Shown: positions 1-14,965, counted from the first letter of the stretch. The stretch is DNA of 64,000 nucleotides from an uncultured Chloroflexia bacterium (GCA_963736025.1 CAVTNH010000012.1:168913-232912); one strand, 5' to 3'. The notes: generated by a model not told the origin, from the sequence alone. Translations and numbers: made by a program.

Positions 1-1388
1 TCCTGGATGACGGCGAGGTATTCGTCCTCGATCTTCTTGCGCTCGAGGGCGGCCAGGCGGGCGAGCCGGAGGTCGAGGATCGCCTGCGCCTGGAGCTCGG
101 ACAGGTCGAACCGGCTCATCAGGTTCGATCGGGCGAGATCGACGTCGGGCGACTCGCGGATCGTCTTGATGACCTTGTCGAGGTTGTCGAGCGCGATCTT
201 GAGCCCTTCGAGGATGTGGGCCCGGGCGCGCGCCTTGCCGAGGTCGAACTCGGTTCGCCGCCGGACGATCTCGCGGCGATGGTCGATGTGGTGGACGAGG
301 ACGCTGCGGAGCGGCAGGGTCTGCGGCTGGCCGTCGACGAGCGCGAGCATGTTCATGTTGAACGCGAGCTGCATCGGCGTGTGCTTGAAGAGGTTGTTCA
401 GCACCTTGTGCGGGTTCGCGTCGCGCTTGATCTCGACGTAGATGCGCATCCCGTCGCGGTCCGACTCGTCGCGCAGGTCGGCGATCCCGTCGATGCGCTT
501 GTCCTTGACCAGCTCCGCGATCTTCTCGAGGAGACTGGCCTTGTTCACCTGGTACGGCAGCTCGGTGACGATGATCGCGGTACGGTCGCCGCGGACCTCC
601 TCGAACGCGACCTGGGCGCGCATGACGACCCGGCCGCGACCGTGCGCGTACATCTGCCGGATCGCGTCGACGGTCTCCCACTCCCCGGTCAACGAGTTGC
701 GCTGGCGTTCGTAGCGGAAGATCGTGCCGGCCGTCGGGAAGTCCGGGCCGTGGACGAACTTGCACAGGTCGTCGGAGGTGAGCTCGGGGTCCTCGATGAG
801 GGCGATCGTCGCGTCGCAGATCTCCCCGAGGTGATGCGGCGGGATGTTGGTCGCCATCCCGACCGCGATCCCCGACGAGCCGTTGATGAGCAGGTTCGGC
901 AGCTTCGATGGCAGGACGGACGGCTGCTTCTGCGTGCCGTCGTAGTTGTCCTCGAAGTCGACGGTCTCCTTGTCGATGTCGGCGAGCATCTCGGCCGCGA
1001 TCGCGGTCAGGCGCGCCTCGGTGTAGCGCATCGCCGCGGCGTCGTCGCCGTCGACGGAGCCGAAGTTGCCCTGCCCGTCGACGAGCGGGTAGCGCATCGA
1101 GAAGTCCTGCGCGAGCCGGACGAGGGCGTCGTAGATCGACTGGTCGCCGTGCGGGTGGTACTTGCCCATCACCTCGCCGACGATCGCGGCGCACTTGCGG
1201 AAGGAGCTGTTCCCCGACAGCCCCATGTCGCCCATCGTGTAGAGGATCCGGCGATGGACGGGCTTGAGTCCGTCACGGACGTCGGGCAGGGCGCGCGCGA
1301 CGATCACGCTCATCGCGTAGTCGAGGTAGCTCGTCCGCATCTCGTCCTCGATGCGGATGGCGCGGATGTCGCCCAGGTCGTCGGTCAC
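1..1388 (-). CDS. gyrA: DNA gyrase subunit A, N-terminal part; the gene runs off the window edge
   Basis: Minus-strand translation from GTG at 1388 gives [50 protein letters not shown]...HPHGD...GQGNFGS, the canonical GyrA N-terminus. GAGGAG ribosome-binding site 8 nt upstream. No stop inside the window, which explains its absence from the ORF track. Confidence 0.9.
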   Translation of the reverse strand, partial: MTDDLGDIRAIRIEDEMRTSYLDYAMSVIVARALPDVRDGLKPVHRRILYTMGDMGLSGNSSFRKCAAIVGEVMGKYHPHGDQSIYDALVRLAQDFSMRYPLVDGQGNFGSVDGDDAAAMRYTEARLTAIAAEMLADIDKETVDFEDNYDGTQKQPSVLPSKLPNLLINGSSGIAVGMATNIPPHHLGEICDATIALIEDPELTSDDLCKFVHGPDFPTAGTIFRYERQRNSLTGEWETVDAIRQMYAHGRGRVVMRAQVAFEEVRGDRTAIIVTELPYQVNKASLLEKIAELVKDKRIDGIADLRDESDRDGMRIYVEIKRDANPHKVLNNLFKHTPMQLAFNMNMLALVDGQPQTLPLRSVLVHHIDHRREIVRRRTEFDLGKARARAHILEGLKIALDNLDKVIKTIRESPDVDLARSNLMSRFDLSELQAQAILDLRLARLAALERKKIEDEYLAVIQ

Positions 1389-2353
1389 GGTGCGCTACTC
1401 CTCGGAACGGTCATCAGAGCGGAGGCTCGGGGTGGGTGACGGGGTCGGGCAGCTCGCCGAAGCGATCCGCGGTCTCGGCGGCGATCGAGGTGGTCGGGGC
1501 GCCGGCTCGTCGGCGGATGCCCGGCGAGGCGGGCACGGAACTCGTCGGCGACGGCCGGGTCGAGCTTGCCGAGGGAGTCGCGGATGACCCAGGCGCGGTG
1601 GCCGTCGTCGGTCGTCGCCGCCAGGTCGACCTCGGCACGGAGGGCATCGGTCGTTGCCGCCAGGTCGACCTGCGCCAGGGACCGGTAGGCCCAGGACAGC
1701 GCCTTCTGGACGTCCGGCTCGTCGTCGCCCATGAGCTGGCCGAGCAGCGGCAGCGCGCGGCGGACGACCTCGGGATCGAGGCCACGGCGATGGCCGTGCG
1801 TCATGGTCGCGATCGTCGAGCCGACCAGACGGCGCTCCCAGCGCGATGGCGAGAAGACCAGTTGCTCGAGCTCCGCCCAGCGATAGGGCTCGGCGGCGAT
1901 GCCCTTGCCGTACGGGTGGGCGAGGTCGTCGACCGTGATCCAGTCGCCGGCCTCGCGGGCCGCCCGACGAAGGAGCTGCCACGTTCGCTCGGTCTCGATC
2001 GGCAGGGTCCGCTCGAGCAGCCCGAAGGCGAACCAGCGCGGCTCCAGGTACGGCTCGTGGAAGAGGCGGTCGGCGACGAACAGCAGGGGCGTCGGGCGCA
2101 CCTGCCGGGTCGCGTTCCGAAAGCCGCGCGAGACGGCCGCGATCAGCGGCCAGCGGACGCCGTAGACAGGGCCGATGCCCGGGGCGACGCGTTGCTGCCC
2201 CTCGAGGTATTCGGGGTCGGCGAGGCGCTGCAATCCGGCGGTGAGGGCGGCGGCGAACGCCTCGGGATCATTGGTCAGCTCGGCGAGGTCCGCCCCGAGG
2301 GTCTCCGCCGCGGGCTTGTGCTCGGCCACGAAGGCGACCGCGCGGGCGGTCAC
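1385..2353 (-). CDS. DNA alkylation repair protein (AlkD/AlkC-like HEAT-repeat family); the ORF is open up to 2623
   Basis: C-terminal half reads [24 protein letters not shown]...[32 protein letters not shown], typical of the DNA_alkylation family. Its stop overlaps the gyrA GTG in a GTGA arrangement. The true start is uncertain; GTG near 2353 is my guess. Confidence 0.55.
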   Translation of the reverse strand: MTARAVAFVAEHKPAAETLGADLAELTNDPEAFAAALTAGLQRLADPEYLEGQQRVAPGIGPVYGVRWPLIAAVSRGFRNATRQVRPTPLLFVADRLFHEPYLEPRWFAFGLLERTLPIETERTWQLLRRAAREAGDWITVDDLAHPYGKGIAAEPYRWAELEQLVFSPSRWERRLVGSTIATMTHGHRRGLDPEVVRRALPLLGQLMGDDEPDVQKALSWAYRSLAQVDLAATTDALRAEVDLAATTDDGHRAWVIRDSLGKLDPAVADEFRARLAGHPPTSRRPDHLDRRRDRGSLRRAARPRHPPRASALMTVPRSSAP

Positions 2354-2396
2354 CTCGCTGCCGGTCGCGGAGGTGGCGTGGCCGTGGCCGTGGCGG

Positions 2397-5908
<3,512 letters not shown>

Positions 5909-5912
<4 letters not shown>

Positions 5913-6760
5913 GACGCCACCAACCCTTGGACTGCGTCGGGCGGGTTCGGTTCGCGGTCCGCAGCCGGGACTTGCAGGTCGCCCAACGCCCGGCCGTCCT
6001 TGTCCGAGCGACGCCGGAACTCCTCGGCCAAGGCGCGGTAGGCGATCGCTCCGGCGGAATCGGGCCGATAGATCGCGATCGGCTGGCCGTGACTCGGCGC
6101 CTCCGAGAGACGAACGCTCCGAGGGATCACGGTGTCGAAGACCGACGGCCCAAGGTGTCGACGCACCTCGGCGGCGACATCGGCGGAAAGGTTGGTCCGA
6201 CTGTCGTACATCGTCAGGAGGACGCCCTCGAGCTCGAGGTCGGGATTCAGGTTGTCGCGGATGAGGTTGAGCGTGGCAAGCAGTTGGGTCAGTCCCTCCA
6301 GGGCGTAGTACTCACATTGGAGCGGGATGAGCACGGCATCAGCAGCGGTCAGGGCATTCACGGTCAGCAGCCCGAGTGACGGCGGGCAATCGATGAAGAT
6401 GGTGTCGTATCGGTCGGCGACGTCCTGGATGAGCCTCGAGAGTCGCCGCTCCCGTGCGTCTACTTGCGCGAGTTCGACCTCCGCCCCAGCGAGCGCGACG
6501 GCCGATGGCACCACGTCGAGGCCAAGTGGGCCGCGCACGGCGATCGGCGCCAACGACACGTCGTCGATCAAGGCGTCGTAGATCGAACGCTCGAAGCCGT
6601 TCCGGTCGAGCCCGAAGCCGCTCGTGGCGTTCCCTTGCGGATCGAGATCGATCACGAGGACCTGTTCGCCCGCAAGCGCGAGGTAGCTTGCGAGATTGAC
6701 CACCGTCGTGGTCTTGCCGACGCCGCCCTTCTGGTTCGCGCAGGCGATCGTTCGGCCCAC
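5909..6760 (-). CDS. parA: Chromosome partitioning ATPase ParA/Soj
   Basis: NQKGGVGKTTT deviant Walker A; overlaps parB by 4 nt. Confidence 0.9.
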
Positions 6761-6899
6761 TCAGTGACCTACCTGGGATGCTCTCACGGTGATTGATTCT
6801 ACCATCGGAGACGGTTGGACCTCGGTTCGGGAGGATCACGACGGATGGTCCCACGCGGCCCTGCACCGACGGTTATCGGCGCCAAGCTCGGCGGCCATT

Positions 6900-6915
6900 T
6901 GTTTCACGTGAAACA
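6900..6915. promoter_or_regulatory. parS: parS site, TGTTTCACGTGAAACA
   Basis: Perfect 16-bp palindrome identical to the consensus ParB-binding parS, upstream of parA. Confidence 0.85.
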
Positions 6916-7075
6916 GGGAGAGGTGCCCCCGAAATCGGCGCACATCCGGGGGGCGGGCGAGACCCCGATCGGGGCGGCTCCTGCCCCTCCGCGCGATGCA
7001 GCCACCAGCGACGGTCTGGCTGCCCGTTGCCCAAAGGACGCCCTGGTCCGCCCATCAACCGGGAGACGAGCTCAC

Positions 7076-7091
7076 TGTTTCACGTGAAACA
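7076..7091. promoter_or_regulatory. parS: parS site, TGTTTCACGTGAAACA, second copy
   Basis: Second perfect copy 176 bp from the first, in the parA/mreD intergenic region. Confidence 0.85.
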
Positions 7092-7227
7092 CGCTCGATC
7101 GGGGGCCCGTTGCCGCTCTTGAGGCTCCGTGGGATACTGGCCGGAGACGTCGCCGCCGAATCGACCGCGTCGAGAGCCGCGTAGGCGGGCGCGCGACCTT
7201 CGGACACATGCCGAGGATCGACGCTCA

Positions 7228-7728
7228 ATGACCCTGCTGCTCGCTGCAGTCGGTGCGACGGTGGCGGCCCTGTTCGAATTGACCGTGACCACGTACCTTC
7301 GGGTCGGTGGTGTCCAGCCGCACTTGGTGTTGGTGCTGGCCGTCGTCGTCACGATCGCGGTCGGGCTGGATGCAGGCCTCGTCTGGGCCTTCGTTGGCGG
7401 GCTCGCACTTGATGTCTTGGCTCAACGACCACTCGGATCGACGGCTTTCGCGCTCCTGCTCTGCGTGGGCGGGGCGTCGGTCTTCGGTCGCCTCTTCTCT
7501 CGTGTTCGTCCCCTCGCCCCCATCATCGCCACATTCTTCCTGAGCATTGTCTACTCCATGGTCTTGTTCGCTCTCTTCAGCGCCCTTCGTGCGCCGCTCC
7601 CGGTGGCTGACCCGCTGAGTCTCGTCGTGCCCCCGGCGGTCTACGACGCCATCCTGGCGACGCTGATCGGGCCGCTCGCCGTCTCGATCCACGACCACCG
7701 CGTCCAGGTGGAGCGCGTCGACTGGTGA
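7228..7728 (+). CDS. mreD: Rod shape-determining protein MreD (small polytopic membrane protein)
   Basis: About 166 aa, entirely hydrophobic helices, immediately upstream of and overlapping mrdA and rodA. ATG chosen at 7228 inside the longer ORF. Confidence 0.55.
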   Translation: MTLLLAAVGATVAALFELTVTTYLRVGGVQPHLVLVLAVVVTIAVGLDAGLVWAFVGGLALDVLAQRPLGSTAFALLLCVGGASVFGRLFSRVRPLAPIIATFFLSIVYSMVLFALFSALRAPLPVADPLSLVVPPAVYDAILATLIGPLAVSIHDHRVQVERVDW

Positions 7729-9626
7729 ACACGTATCTGGACGGCCGACGCGAACCTGCGACGCGCCGGCTGTCACGCTTCCTCGTGTTCGGCATCGCCG
7801 TCATCCTCGCGATGGGCGGTCTGACGGCCCGGCTGTTCTACCTCCAGATCGTCAACGGCGGCGAGTACACGACCCTCGCGACCGCGAATCGAACCGTGAT
7901 CGAGTCGATCCCCTCGACCCGCGGCCTCATCTACGATCGCGCCGGCCGTCCATTGGTCACGAACGTGCCGATGTTCGCCGTGAAGATCCGACCGGCCGAT
8001 CTCCCGGCGCAGTTCCGGCCGGAGGTGGTCGACCGACTCGCGGCGATGATCGGGATCGACCCCGCCGGGATCAACGCCGCGATCGACAGCAACCCGGGCT
8101 CATCGTTCGACCTCGTCCGGATCGCCGAGGACATCGACGAGGACACCGCTCGGCTCATCGCGGAGTCCTCCTCGCAACTGCCCGGTGTCGAGATCTCGGT
8201 CGAGGCCCGCCGCGAGTATCCCGACGGGGCCCTGATGGCGCAGATCGTCGGCTACACGGGACCGGTGTCACCGGAGCAGCTCCCGGACCTCCGCGCGAAG
8301 GGCTACCTGCCGGACGACCTCCTCGGCAAGGCCGGTGTCGAATCCTCGTACGAGACCTATCTGCGAGGCGTCTACGGCAGGGAGCGCGTCGAGCGAAATG
8401 CCCTTGGCCAGAAGACGCAGGTGCTCGCCACCGAGAACGAGGCGAGGCCCGGTGACTCGCTCACCCTCACGATCGATACCAAGATCCAGAAGGAAGCCGA
8501 GAAGGCCTTGAAGTGGGGCATCAAGGCGATCGGAAGCAAGCGCGGCGTGTTCATCGTGATGAACCCGCAGACCGGCGAGGTCCTGGCGATGGTGAGCCTG
8601 CCCACCTACGACAACAACCTCTTCGCGCGCGGCATCAGCACCAAGGAATTCAACAAACTGGTCAAGAACAAGGACCTGCCGCTCCTGAACCACGCGGTCC
8701 AGGCGCACTATCCACCCGGGTCGACCTACAAGCTCGTGGCGGGGACGGGCGGGCTCGCCGACAAGAAGATCAGCGCGACGACGAAGGTCGCAACGAAGGG
8801 GTTCCTGACCGTCGGCGCGACCAAGTACTACGACTGGAACCGTCGCGGCTTCGGCCCGTGCGACATCTATTGCGGCTTCGGCCACTCGAGCGACACGTTC
8901 TTCTTCACCGTCGGCGGCATGCTCGGCATCGACCGGCTCGCCTACTGGGCGAACCAGTACGGGTTCGGCCATCCGACCGGGATCGACCTGCCCGGTGAGG
9001 CTTCCGGGATCGTGCCGACCAACGCCTGGAAGCAGGCCACGAAGGGCGCCTCGATCTTCACCGGCGAGACGTACCAGGCGAGCATCGGCCAGGGCTATGA
9101 CAACGTCACCCCGATCCAGCTCATCAATGCCTACGCGGCGCTGGCGAACGGGGGCAAGCTGTACCAGCCACAGGTCGTGCGCGAGGTCGTCGGACCGGAT
9201 GGCGCCGTCGTGCGCCCGTTCAAGCCGGTCCTCCTCCACAAGCTGAAGGCCAAGAAGAGCGTCCTGCGCACGATGCGCAACGCGGCACGGAGCACGGTGC
9301 TGTTGCGGCACACGTATAACCTCGTCGACATGCCGATCAAGATCGCCGGCAAGTCGGGAACGGCCGAATTCGGGGAGCGCGACCGCCGAGGTCGCCTGCC
9401 GTATCACTCCTGGTTCGTGGGCTGGGTGCCCAAGGACCCCTACAACGGCTCGTTCGACAAGACCGACTCCAAGCTGATCGCCATGGCGTTCATGTACGAC
9501 TCGCGAACGATCGGCAATGCCGGCACCGAGGTCGTGAAGTACTTCTACCAGCTTCACTTCGGGATCAAGCACGACTACCGGAACTTCGATCTCATGGAAC
9601 GCGGCAACTTCTTCAGGAACGACTGA
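7725..9626 (+). CDS. mrdA: Penicillin-binding protein 2 (elongation-specific transpeptidase)
   Basis: N-terminal TM, PBP dimerisation domain, transpeptidase motifs (STYK-like region GSTYKLV, KSGTAE). Confidence 0.9.
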   Translation: MNTYLDGRREPATRRLSRFLVFGIAVILAMGGLTARLFYLQIVNGGEYTTLATANRTVIESIPSTRGLIYDRAGRPLVTNVPMFAVKIRPADLPAQFRPEVVDRLAAMIGIDPAGINAAIDSNPGSSFDLVRIAEDIDEDTARLIAESSSQLPGVEISVEARREYPDGALMAQIVGYTGPVSPEQLPDLRAKGYLPDDLLGKAGVESSYETYLRGVYGRERVERNALGQKTQVLATENEARPGDSLTLTIDTKIQKEAEKALKWGIKAIGSKRGVFIVMNPQTGEVLAMVSLPTYDNNLFARGISTKEFNKLVKNKDLPLLNHAVQAHYPPGSTYKLVAGTGGLADKKISATTKVATKGFLTVGATKYYDWNRRGFGPCDIYCGFGHSSDTFFFTVGGMLGIDRLAYWANQYGFGHPTGIDLPGEASGIVPTNAWKQATKGASIFTGETYQASIGQGYDNVTPIQLINAYAALANGGKLYQPQVVREVVGPDGAVVRPFKPVLLHKLKAKKSVLRTMRNAARSTVLLRHTYNLVDMPIKIAGKSGTAEFGERDRRGRLPYHSWFVGWVPKDPYNGSFDKTDSKLIAMAFMYDSRTIGNAGTEVVKYFYQLHFGIKHDYRNFDLMERGNFFRND

Positions 9627-10786
9627 TGGGCGTCATCCGAGCCGAGCCTGCGCGCGTCACCGACTGGGCGGCCAAGTCCGTCGGGGCGGTCTGGCGCGCG
9701 TTCGACCTCCAGCTCGTGACGTATGCGGGCCTGCTCGCGGCGATCGGCCTCGTCATGGCCTACACGAACAGCGTCGAGAACGGCAAGTTGACCCTCGAGA
9801 CGCAGACCGTCTTCACCCGCGGCTTGATGTGGGCCGGCATCGCGGTGGTCATCTTCATCGTCGCGACGGCGTTCGACTACCGCTGGCTGAAGACGCTGTC
9901 GTGGCCGATCTACGGCCTCCAGCTCGCTCTTCTCGTCCTCACGCTGGCCATCGGCGACGGGGTCGGCAACTCCGCGCGCTGGATCGCCCTTGGCCCGTTC
10001 ACCTTCCAGTTCAGCGAGCTCGCGAAGATCTTCATGATCATCGTCCTGGCCAACTACCTGTCGGCCAGGCAGGGTCGACTTGATTCGCTGTCATCGATCC
10101 TCGGGGCCTGCGCGCTCGTCCTGCCGCCCCTGGCGCTGGTCGCGCTCCAGCCAGACCTCGGGACCTCGCTGGTCTTCGCCGCGATCCTCGCGGGCATGCT
10201 GTGGATGTCGGGCGCGAGCCTGAAGTGGCTGGCGGCGCTCGCTGCCGGGGTCATCGCCCTCGTGCCGCTCGCCTGGACCTACATCCTTCACGACTATCAG
10301 AAGCAGCGGCTGCTCTCGTTCCTCGACGCCGACCCGGATATCAAGGGCTCCGGCTACCAGCTCTACCAGGCGCAGATCGCGGTGGGCTCGGGGAGCTGGA
10401 TGGGCAAGGGCCTCACGAACGGGACACAGGCCCAGGGCGACTTCCTGCCGGTCCAGACGACGGACTTCGTGTTCGCGATCCTCGCCGAGGAGTTGGGATT
10501 CATCGGCGGCATCGTCGTCTTCACCCTGTTCTTCCTGCTGCTGTGGCGGGTCCTCGCGGCCGGCTGGCGTTCGCGGGATCCGTTCGGCACGATGTTCGCT
10601 GCCGGGATGGCGTCGATGATCCTGTTCCAGCTCGTCGTCAACGTCGGCATGGTCATGGGCATCATGCCCATCACGGGCATCCCGTTGCCGTTCGTGACCC
10701 ACGGCGGTGCCTCGCTCGTGAGCATGGCCCTTGGCCTGGGCATCCTGCAGAGCATCAACGTCCGACAGACCCGAGCGGAGTGGTGA
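9626..10786 (+). CDS. rodA: Rod shape-determining protein RodA (SEDS family)
   Basis: SEDS signature regions (QPDLGT, GSGYQLYQAQIAVGSG, THGGASL); overlaps the mrdA stop. Confidence 0.9.
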   Translation: MGVIRAEPARVTDWAAKSVGAVWRAFDLQLVTYAGLLAAIGLVMAYTNSVENGKLTLETQTVFTRGLMWAGIAVVIFIVATAFDYRWLKTLSWPIYGLQLALLVLTLAIGDGVGNSARWIALGPFTFQFSELAKIFMIIVLANYLSARQGRLDSLSSILGACALVLPPLALVALQPDLGTSLVFAAILAGMLWMSGASLKWLAALAAGVIALVPLAWTYILHDYQKQRLLSFLDADPDIKGSGYQLYQAQIAVGSGSWMGKGLTNGTQAQGDFLPVQTTDFVFAILAEELGFIGGIVVFTLFFLLLWRVLAAGWRSRDPFGTMFAAGMASMILFQLVVNVGMVMGIMPITGIPLPFVTHGGASLVSMALGLGILQSINVRQTRAEW

Positions 10787-10825
10787 CAGGCGTCGTCGCA
10801 CCCTAGAACCGATACGCTCGACTAG

Positions 10826-12105
10826 GTGGACCAGCCCCGGACCAGACGCCCGGGCGACGCCCAAATCAGGCACCATCCACCGATGGACGGACCCGGGACC
10901 CTCAACGCGATCGAACTGTTGGTCGGCCTGCTCGGGCTGGCCGGCCTCGTGGCGATCGTCGCCCGGCCGCTGCGGCTGCCGTACACCGTCGCCCTCGTCG
11001 TCGCCGGCCTGGTCGTCGGCGCCGTTGCCACGGTGCTTGGCGTCCCCGCGATCGACGTGACGCCGGAGCTCGTGCTCATCGCCTTGCTGCCCGGACTGGT
11101 CTTCGAGGCCGCCTATCGGCTGCGACTCGACGAGCTTCGGCGCTGGCTCGGCGGACTCGTGCTTCTCGCCGTGCCCGGGGTCTTGATCTCGGCGGCGGTC
11201 GTCGCGATCGTCCTGAACCTGACGACCGGCCTCCGACCCGACCTGGCGTTCCTCGTCGGCGCGATGGTCTCCGCCACGGACCCGGCCGCGGTCGTCGCGA
11301 CCTTCAAGCCGCTGCGGGTCGCGCCGGCCCTGGCCACGATGGTCGACGGCGAGAGCCTGCTCAACGACGGCACGGGCCTGGTCCTGTTCGCGATCGCGGT
11401 CCAGGCGGTCGTCCTGCCGACCAGCCCGCTCGACGCGACGCTCGGTTTCGTCGGCACCGTGGCCCTCAGCGTTGCGATCGGCCTCGCGACCGGGTGGCTG
11501 GCGACGCGGCTCATCAGCCTGACCGACGACCACCTGCTCGAGCTGACGATCTCGGTCGTGCTCGCCTACGGCAGCTACCTGGTCGCCGACCAGTTCCACC
11601 TCTCGGGCGTGATCGCCACGGTCGTCGCGGCCGTCATCCTCGGCAACTTCGGCCCGGGCCGGACGATGAGCGTGACCGGCGCGGACGCGATCGACACCGT
11701 CTGGGAGTTCCTCGCGTTCCTGCTGACCGCGGTCGTCTTCCTGCTGATCGGCCTCGCCATCCCGCCCGCCGGGCTGGTGGCGTCCGTCGGTCCGATCGCG
11801 TGGGCGGTCGTCGGCATCCTCATCGGACGCGCGCTCGTCGTCTACGTCCTGCTCGGCGGCGTCTCGCGCCTGGCCCCGCTGCCGGGCCTCGCCGAGCGCG
11901 TGCCGACCGACTGGCTCCACGTCCTGTTCTGGGGCGGCCTCCGCGGGGCGGTCGCCGTGGCGATGGCGCTCGCGCTCCCGGCGGACGTGCCGCAGCGCGC
12001 CCTGCTCCAGGAGATCACGTTCGGCGTCGTGCTGTTCACGTTGCTCGTCCAGGGGACGACGGTCGGACGGGTCGTCGCCCGGACGTCGGAGCGCGGCACC
12101 CACGC
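10826..12105 (+). CDS. Na+/H+ antiporter (CPA1/NhaP type); the nominal ORF continues to 12610 into an Arg-rich stretch that is probably an artefact
   Basis: TM core with ATDPAAV, ESLLNDG and LRGAV motifs. The tail overlaps the convergent J-domain gene. A TAG at 12111 sits out of frame, suggesting an indel near 12100. Confidence 0.75.
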
Positions 12106-12109
12106 GCGA

Positions 12110-12773
12110 CTAGCGGCGGCGGAACAGGCCCCGGCGGTCGCTCGCCTCGGCGGCCGCACTTCGGCGTCGACCGGTCCGCCGCAGGATGCCGTCGATCTCG
12201 TCGCGGTACTGCCGGCCGATGGGCGCCCGGTCGAGCCACTCGAGGTATTCGAGGTCCTGCCGACCGATCTCGCCGATCGACCAGCCGGCGTAGCGACCGA
12301 AGTTGAGGACGCTGCCCGAGGGACGCCCGGGTGGCGGTCCGGCCGCGCCGAGCCCGTCGGGCTCATGCATCGATGCGGTGTACCCGCCCCCGTAGGACGA
12401 GCGGCCCGACGTCCAGTCGCGCGAGACCTCGTCGGGCGGGCGGGGCGGTGGCGGCGATGTCGGTCGGGCTTCGGGCGCGGCCTTCCCCGCCGAACCGGCC
12501 GGCGGTGTCGCACGCGACGTGCTCGAGGTTCGACTCGGCCGCATCGTCTGCGTGCGCCAGGATCTCCCGGTCGGCGTCGTAGCGGCGTCGCGCGTCGGGG
12601 TCGCCGATGAGGCCCCAGGCCGCGTTGATGGCAGCCATGCGGTCGGCGGCATCGTCGCCCGCCACATCGGGGTGGTACTTGCGTGCGAGCCGCCGATAGG
12701 CCGCCTGGATGACCTCGTCCTCGGCCTCGGAGTCGACCTGGAGCGTCTTGTACGGGTCGAGTCGGTCAGGCAT
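12110..12773 (-). CDS. J-domain (DnaJ-like) protein with a DUF3820-like C-terminus (YLEWL motif); apparent frameshift between about 12310 and 12560
   Basis: N-terminal DPYKTLQVDSEAEDEVIQAAYRRLARKYHPD (HPD motif) in one frame. C-terminal FGRYAGWSIGEIGRQDLEYLEWL in another minus frame, ending at 12110. Confidence 0.55.
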
Positions 12774-14076
12774 CGGCCGTCCCGAGACCGCCGGCAGGCG
12801 TGCCGGCGTCCGCGGCGACCGGTTCGACCGTCTCGACGTGGGGCGCCATGCCGACCCTGCGCACGATCGTCGCGAGTCCGGCCGGGTCCTCGTCCGGACC
12901 GACCCGCCGGAACAGGTAGCGGACGACGTCGCGCCCCGCGGCCGCGACCGGCAATGCGAGGATCGCGCCGACCAGCCCGCCGAGGGCGCCGCCGATGATG
13001 ATCGCGAACATCACGGCCGCCGGGTGCAGCTCGGTGGCGTCGCCCTGGATCTTGGGGACCAGGAAGTTGTTCTCGATCTGCTGGACGAGCGTGTACAGGA
13101 TCAGCGCGGCGATCGCGGCCTCCGGTCCGGCCGTCGCCGCGATCAGGACCGCGGGCACCGCCGCGATGATCGGGCCGATGATCGGCAGGAGCTCGAGGAT
13201 CCCGGCGGTCACGGAGAGCAGGAGCGCGTAGCGGCCGAAGATCGGATCGACGAAGCGGCTGAGCAGCAGCAGCCCGATGAACGTGAACGCGCCGACCGCG
13301 AAGCCCAGGACGAACTGCGCCCGCACCCACTGGCTGAGCACCCGCTCGACGCTGCGCAGGACCACCAGCGTGTCGAACCGCCACGCCGCCGGCAGCGCCC
13401 GGTCGAACGACGCCGCGAGGCTGACCCGGTCCTTGAGCAGGTAGAAGACCCAGACCGGCAGGATGACGTAGCCGAAGATCGCGCCGATGAGGCTGCCCGC
13501 GCCGGTGACCAGCGGCAGCAGGAAGGACAGGTCGATCCCCGTCCCGACCTCGCCGCCGCCCTGTCCGATGCCGGCGATGACGCCATCGATCCAGTCCCGG
13601 ATGGCGACCGGGATCTCGAGCCGCGAGTACAGCTCGGTCAGGTCCTGGAGCCGCGCGTTCAGCGACTCGGCGAGCTTGGGGAATTCCTCGATGAACCGCA
13701 GGATCTCGTTGACCAGCGGCGTCAGCGTCAGCGCCATGAACTCGACGAAGATGACCAGGGCCGCGATGTACACGAGGATGATCGCGACGGTCCGGCGAAG
13801 GCCCCGACGCGCCAGCCAGCGGACGGGGATGTCGAGCAGGTAGACGAGCAGCAGGCCGACGATGAACGGCCGCACGCTGTCGCGGGCCATCCAGAGCAGG
13901 AGGCCGACGACGATGGCGGCGCCCAGCAGGACCATGACGCGTGGCGACACCGGGGCGAACCGCGGTGGTCCGTCGGGCGGCTTCACGACGAACGGCGGGG
14001 GCGGCAGCGATGCCACCCAGGCGTTGGATCCTGATCCCTCGACGGCGCCCGATCCGGGCCGGGCGGGCTCGTTCAT
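12766..14076 (-). CDS. AI-2E family transporter (PerM/UPF0118 permease)
   Basis: Polytopic membrane protein with the conserved ALILYTLVQQIENNFLVPKIQGDATELHP block. Immediately upstream of the J-domain gene on the same strand. Confidence 0.85.
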   Translation of the reverse strand: MNEPARPGSGAVEGSGSNAWVASLPPPPFVVKPPDGPPRFAPVSPRVMVLLGAAIVVGLLLWMARDSVRPFIVGLLLVYLLDIPVRWLARRGLRRTVAIILVYIAALVIFVEFMALTLTPLVNEILRFIEEFPKLAESLNARLQDLTELYSRLEIPVAIRDWIDGVIAGIGQGGGEVGTGIDLSFLLPLVTGAGSLIGAIFGYVILPVWVFYLLKDRVSLAASFDRALPAAWRFDTLVVLRSVERVLSQWVRAQFVLGFAVGAFTFIGLLLLSRFVDPIFGRYALLLSVTAGILELLPIIGPIIAAVPAVLIAATAGPEAAIAALILYTLVQQIENNFLVPKIQGDATELHPAAVMFAIIIGGALGGLVGAILALPVAAAGRDVVRYLFRRVGPDEDPAGLATIVRRVGMAPHVETVEPVAADAGTPAGGLGTADA

Positions 14077-14126
14077 CGTGCCGCAGACTAGCAGACGTGG
14101 ACCCCGATCCCGCGTCGCCGCGTCCG

Positions 14127-14820
14127 GTGGCCCCCGAGCCACGGCAGCGCTGGCGGCTGTTCGTCGGGCGCGGTCCCGAGGCACCGCCACTGGCGCAGCG
14201 CGACGTCGCCGACGCGTGGAGCGCGGCGGTCGAGGCGTCCGGGCTGCCGGCGATCCCCGGACCCGGTGACCCTCCGAAGCCACGGCTGTCGTTCGGTGCG
14301 CCGCTCCCGATCGGCATGACCGCCGAGGGCGAGCTCATCGACATGCTCCTGGCGGAACGGTGTCCTCGATGGCGCGTGCGCGAGGCGCTCGAGCCGCACG
14401 TCCCTGCCGGCTGGCGCCTCGTGGACCTCGCCGACGTGTGGCTGGGCGGGCCGCCGCTCGCCGGTGCGGTCGCGGCGGCCGACTACCGCATCACGCTGGA
14501 GCCCGGAGATGGCGTCACGCGCGCGGACGTTGCGGCCGCCGCGGAGGCGGTCGTCCGTGCGCCATCGCTGCCGCGCCGCCGGGAGAAGGGCGGCGGGTCG
14601 GTCGACTACGACCTTCGGCCGCTGCTCATCGCGCTCTCCGTCGAAGGCGAGGATGACGCGGTCGCCGGTCGTCGTCCGTGCCCGGACCCGGTTCCACCCG
14701 TCGCTCGGCACGGGCCGGCCGGAGGAGGTCCTCGCCGCGCTCGCCGACGTGCTCGGCCGCCCGCTGACCGCCTCGACCATCGTGCGCGAGCGGCTCCTCC
14801 TTGCCGACGAGCTCGGATAG
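14127..14820 (+). CDS. DUF2344 (TIGR03936 radical-SAM-linked) protein, frameshifted near 14655
   Basis: QRWRLFVGRG...AVEASGLPA...PRLSFGAPLPIGMTAEGELIDMLL matches the DUF2344 N-terminus. The C-terminus VVVRARTRFHPSLGTGRPEEV...LLADELG continues in the +1 frame. Confidence 0.55.
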
Positions 14821-14965
14821 CTGCCCCGCCGATTGACCGTTCGGCCGTTTGACCGGTAGACTTCGCCGTCCGCGTCTCGGCCTGTGCCGGGCGCCACCCC
14901 ATGTCCCACAACCACGATCGCCACGTGCTCGTCGCCCGCCGGCGGATCAACAGCCCTGAGGACCC

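Noticed and set aside
216-1439. 407-aa plus-strand ORF across the first 1.4 kb
   Set aside because: Antisense shadow ORF of gyrA in GC-rich DNA (Arg/Asp/Val-rich, no domain). The minus strand encodes a canonical GyrA N-terminus.
8268-12103. Long minus-strand ORFs (434 aa and 670 aa) opposite mrdA/rodA/antiporter
   Set aside because: Arg/Asp/Glu-rich low-complexity shadow ORFs, the typical GC3-driven open frames on the antisense strand of real genes.
12774-14344. N-terminal ~520 aa of the 744-aa minus-strand ORF
   Set aside because: It overlaps the well-supported AI-2E transporter in another frame. Only the final ~66 aa (12110-12310) look real, and I assigned those to the J-domain gene.
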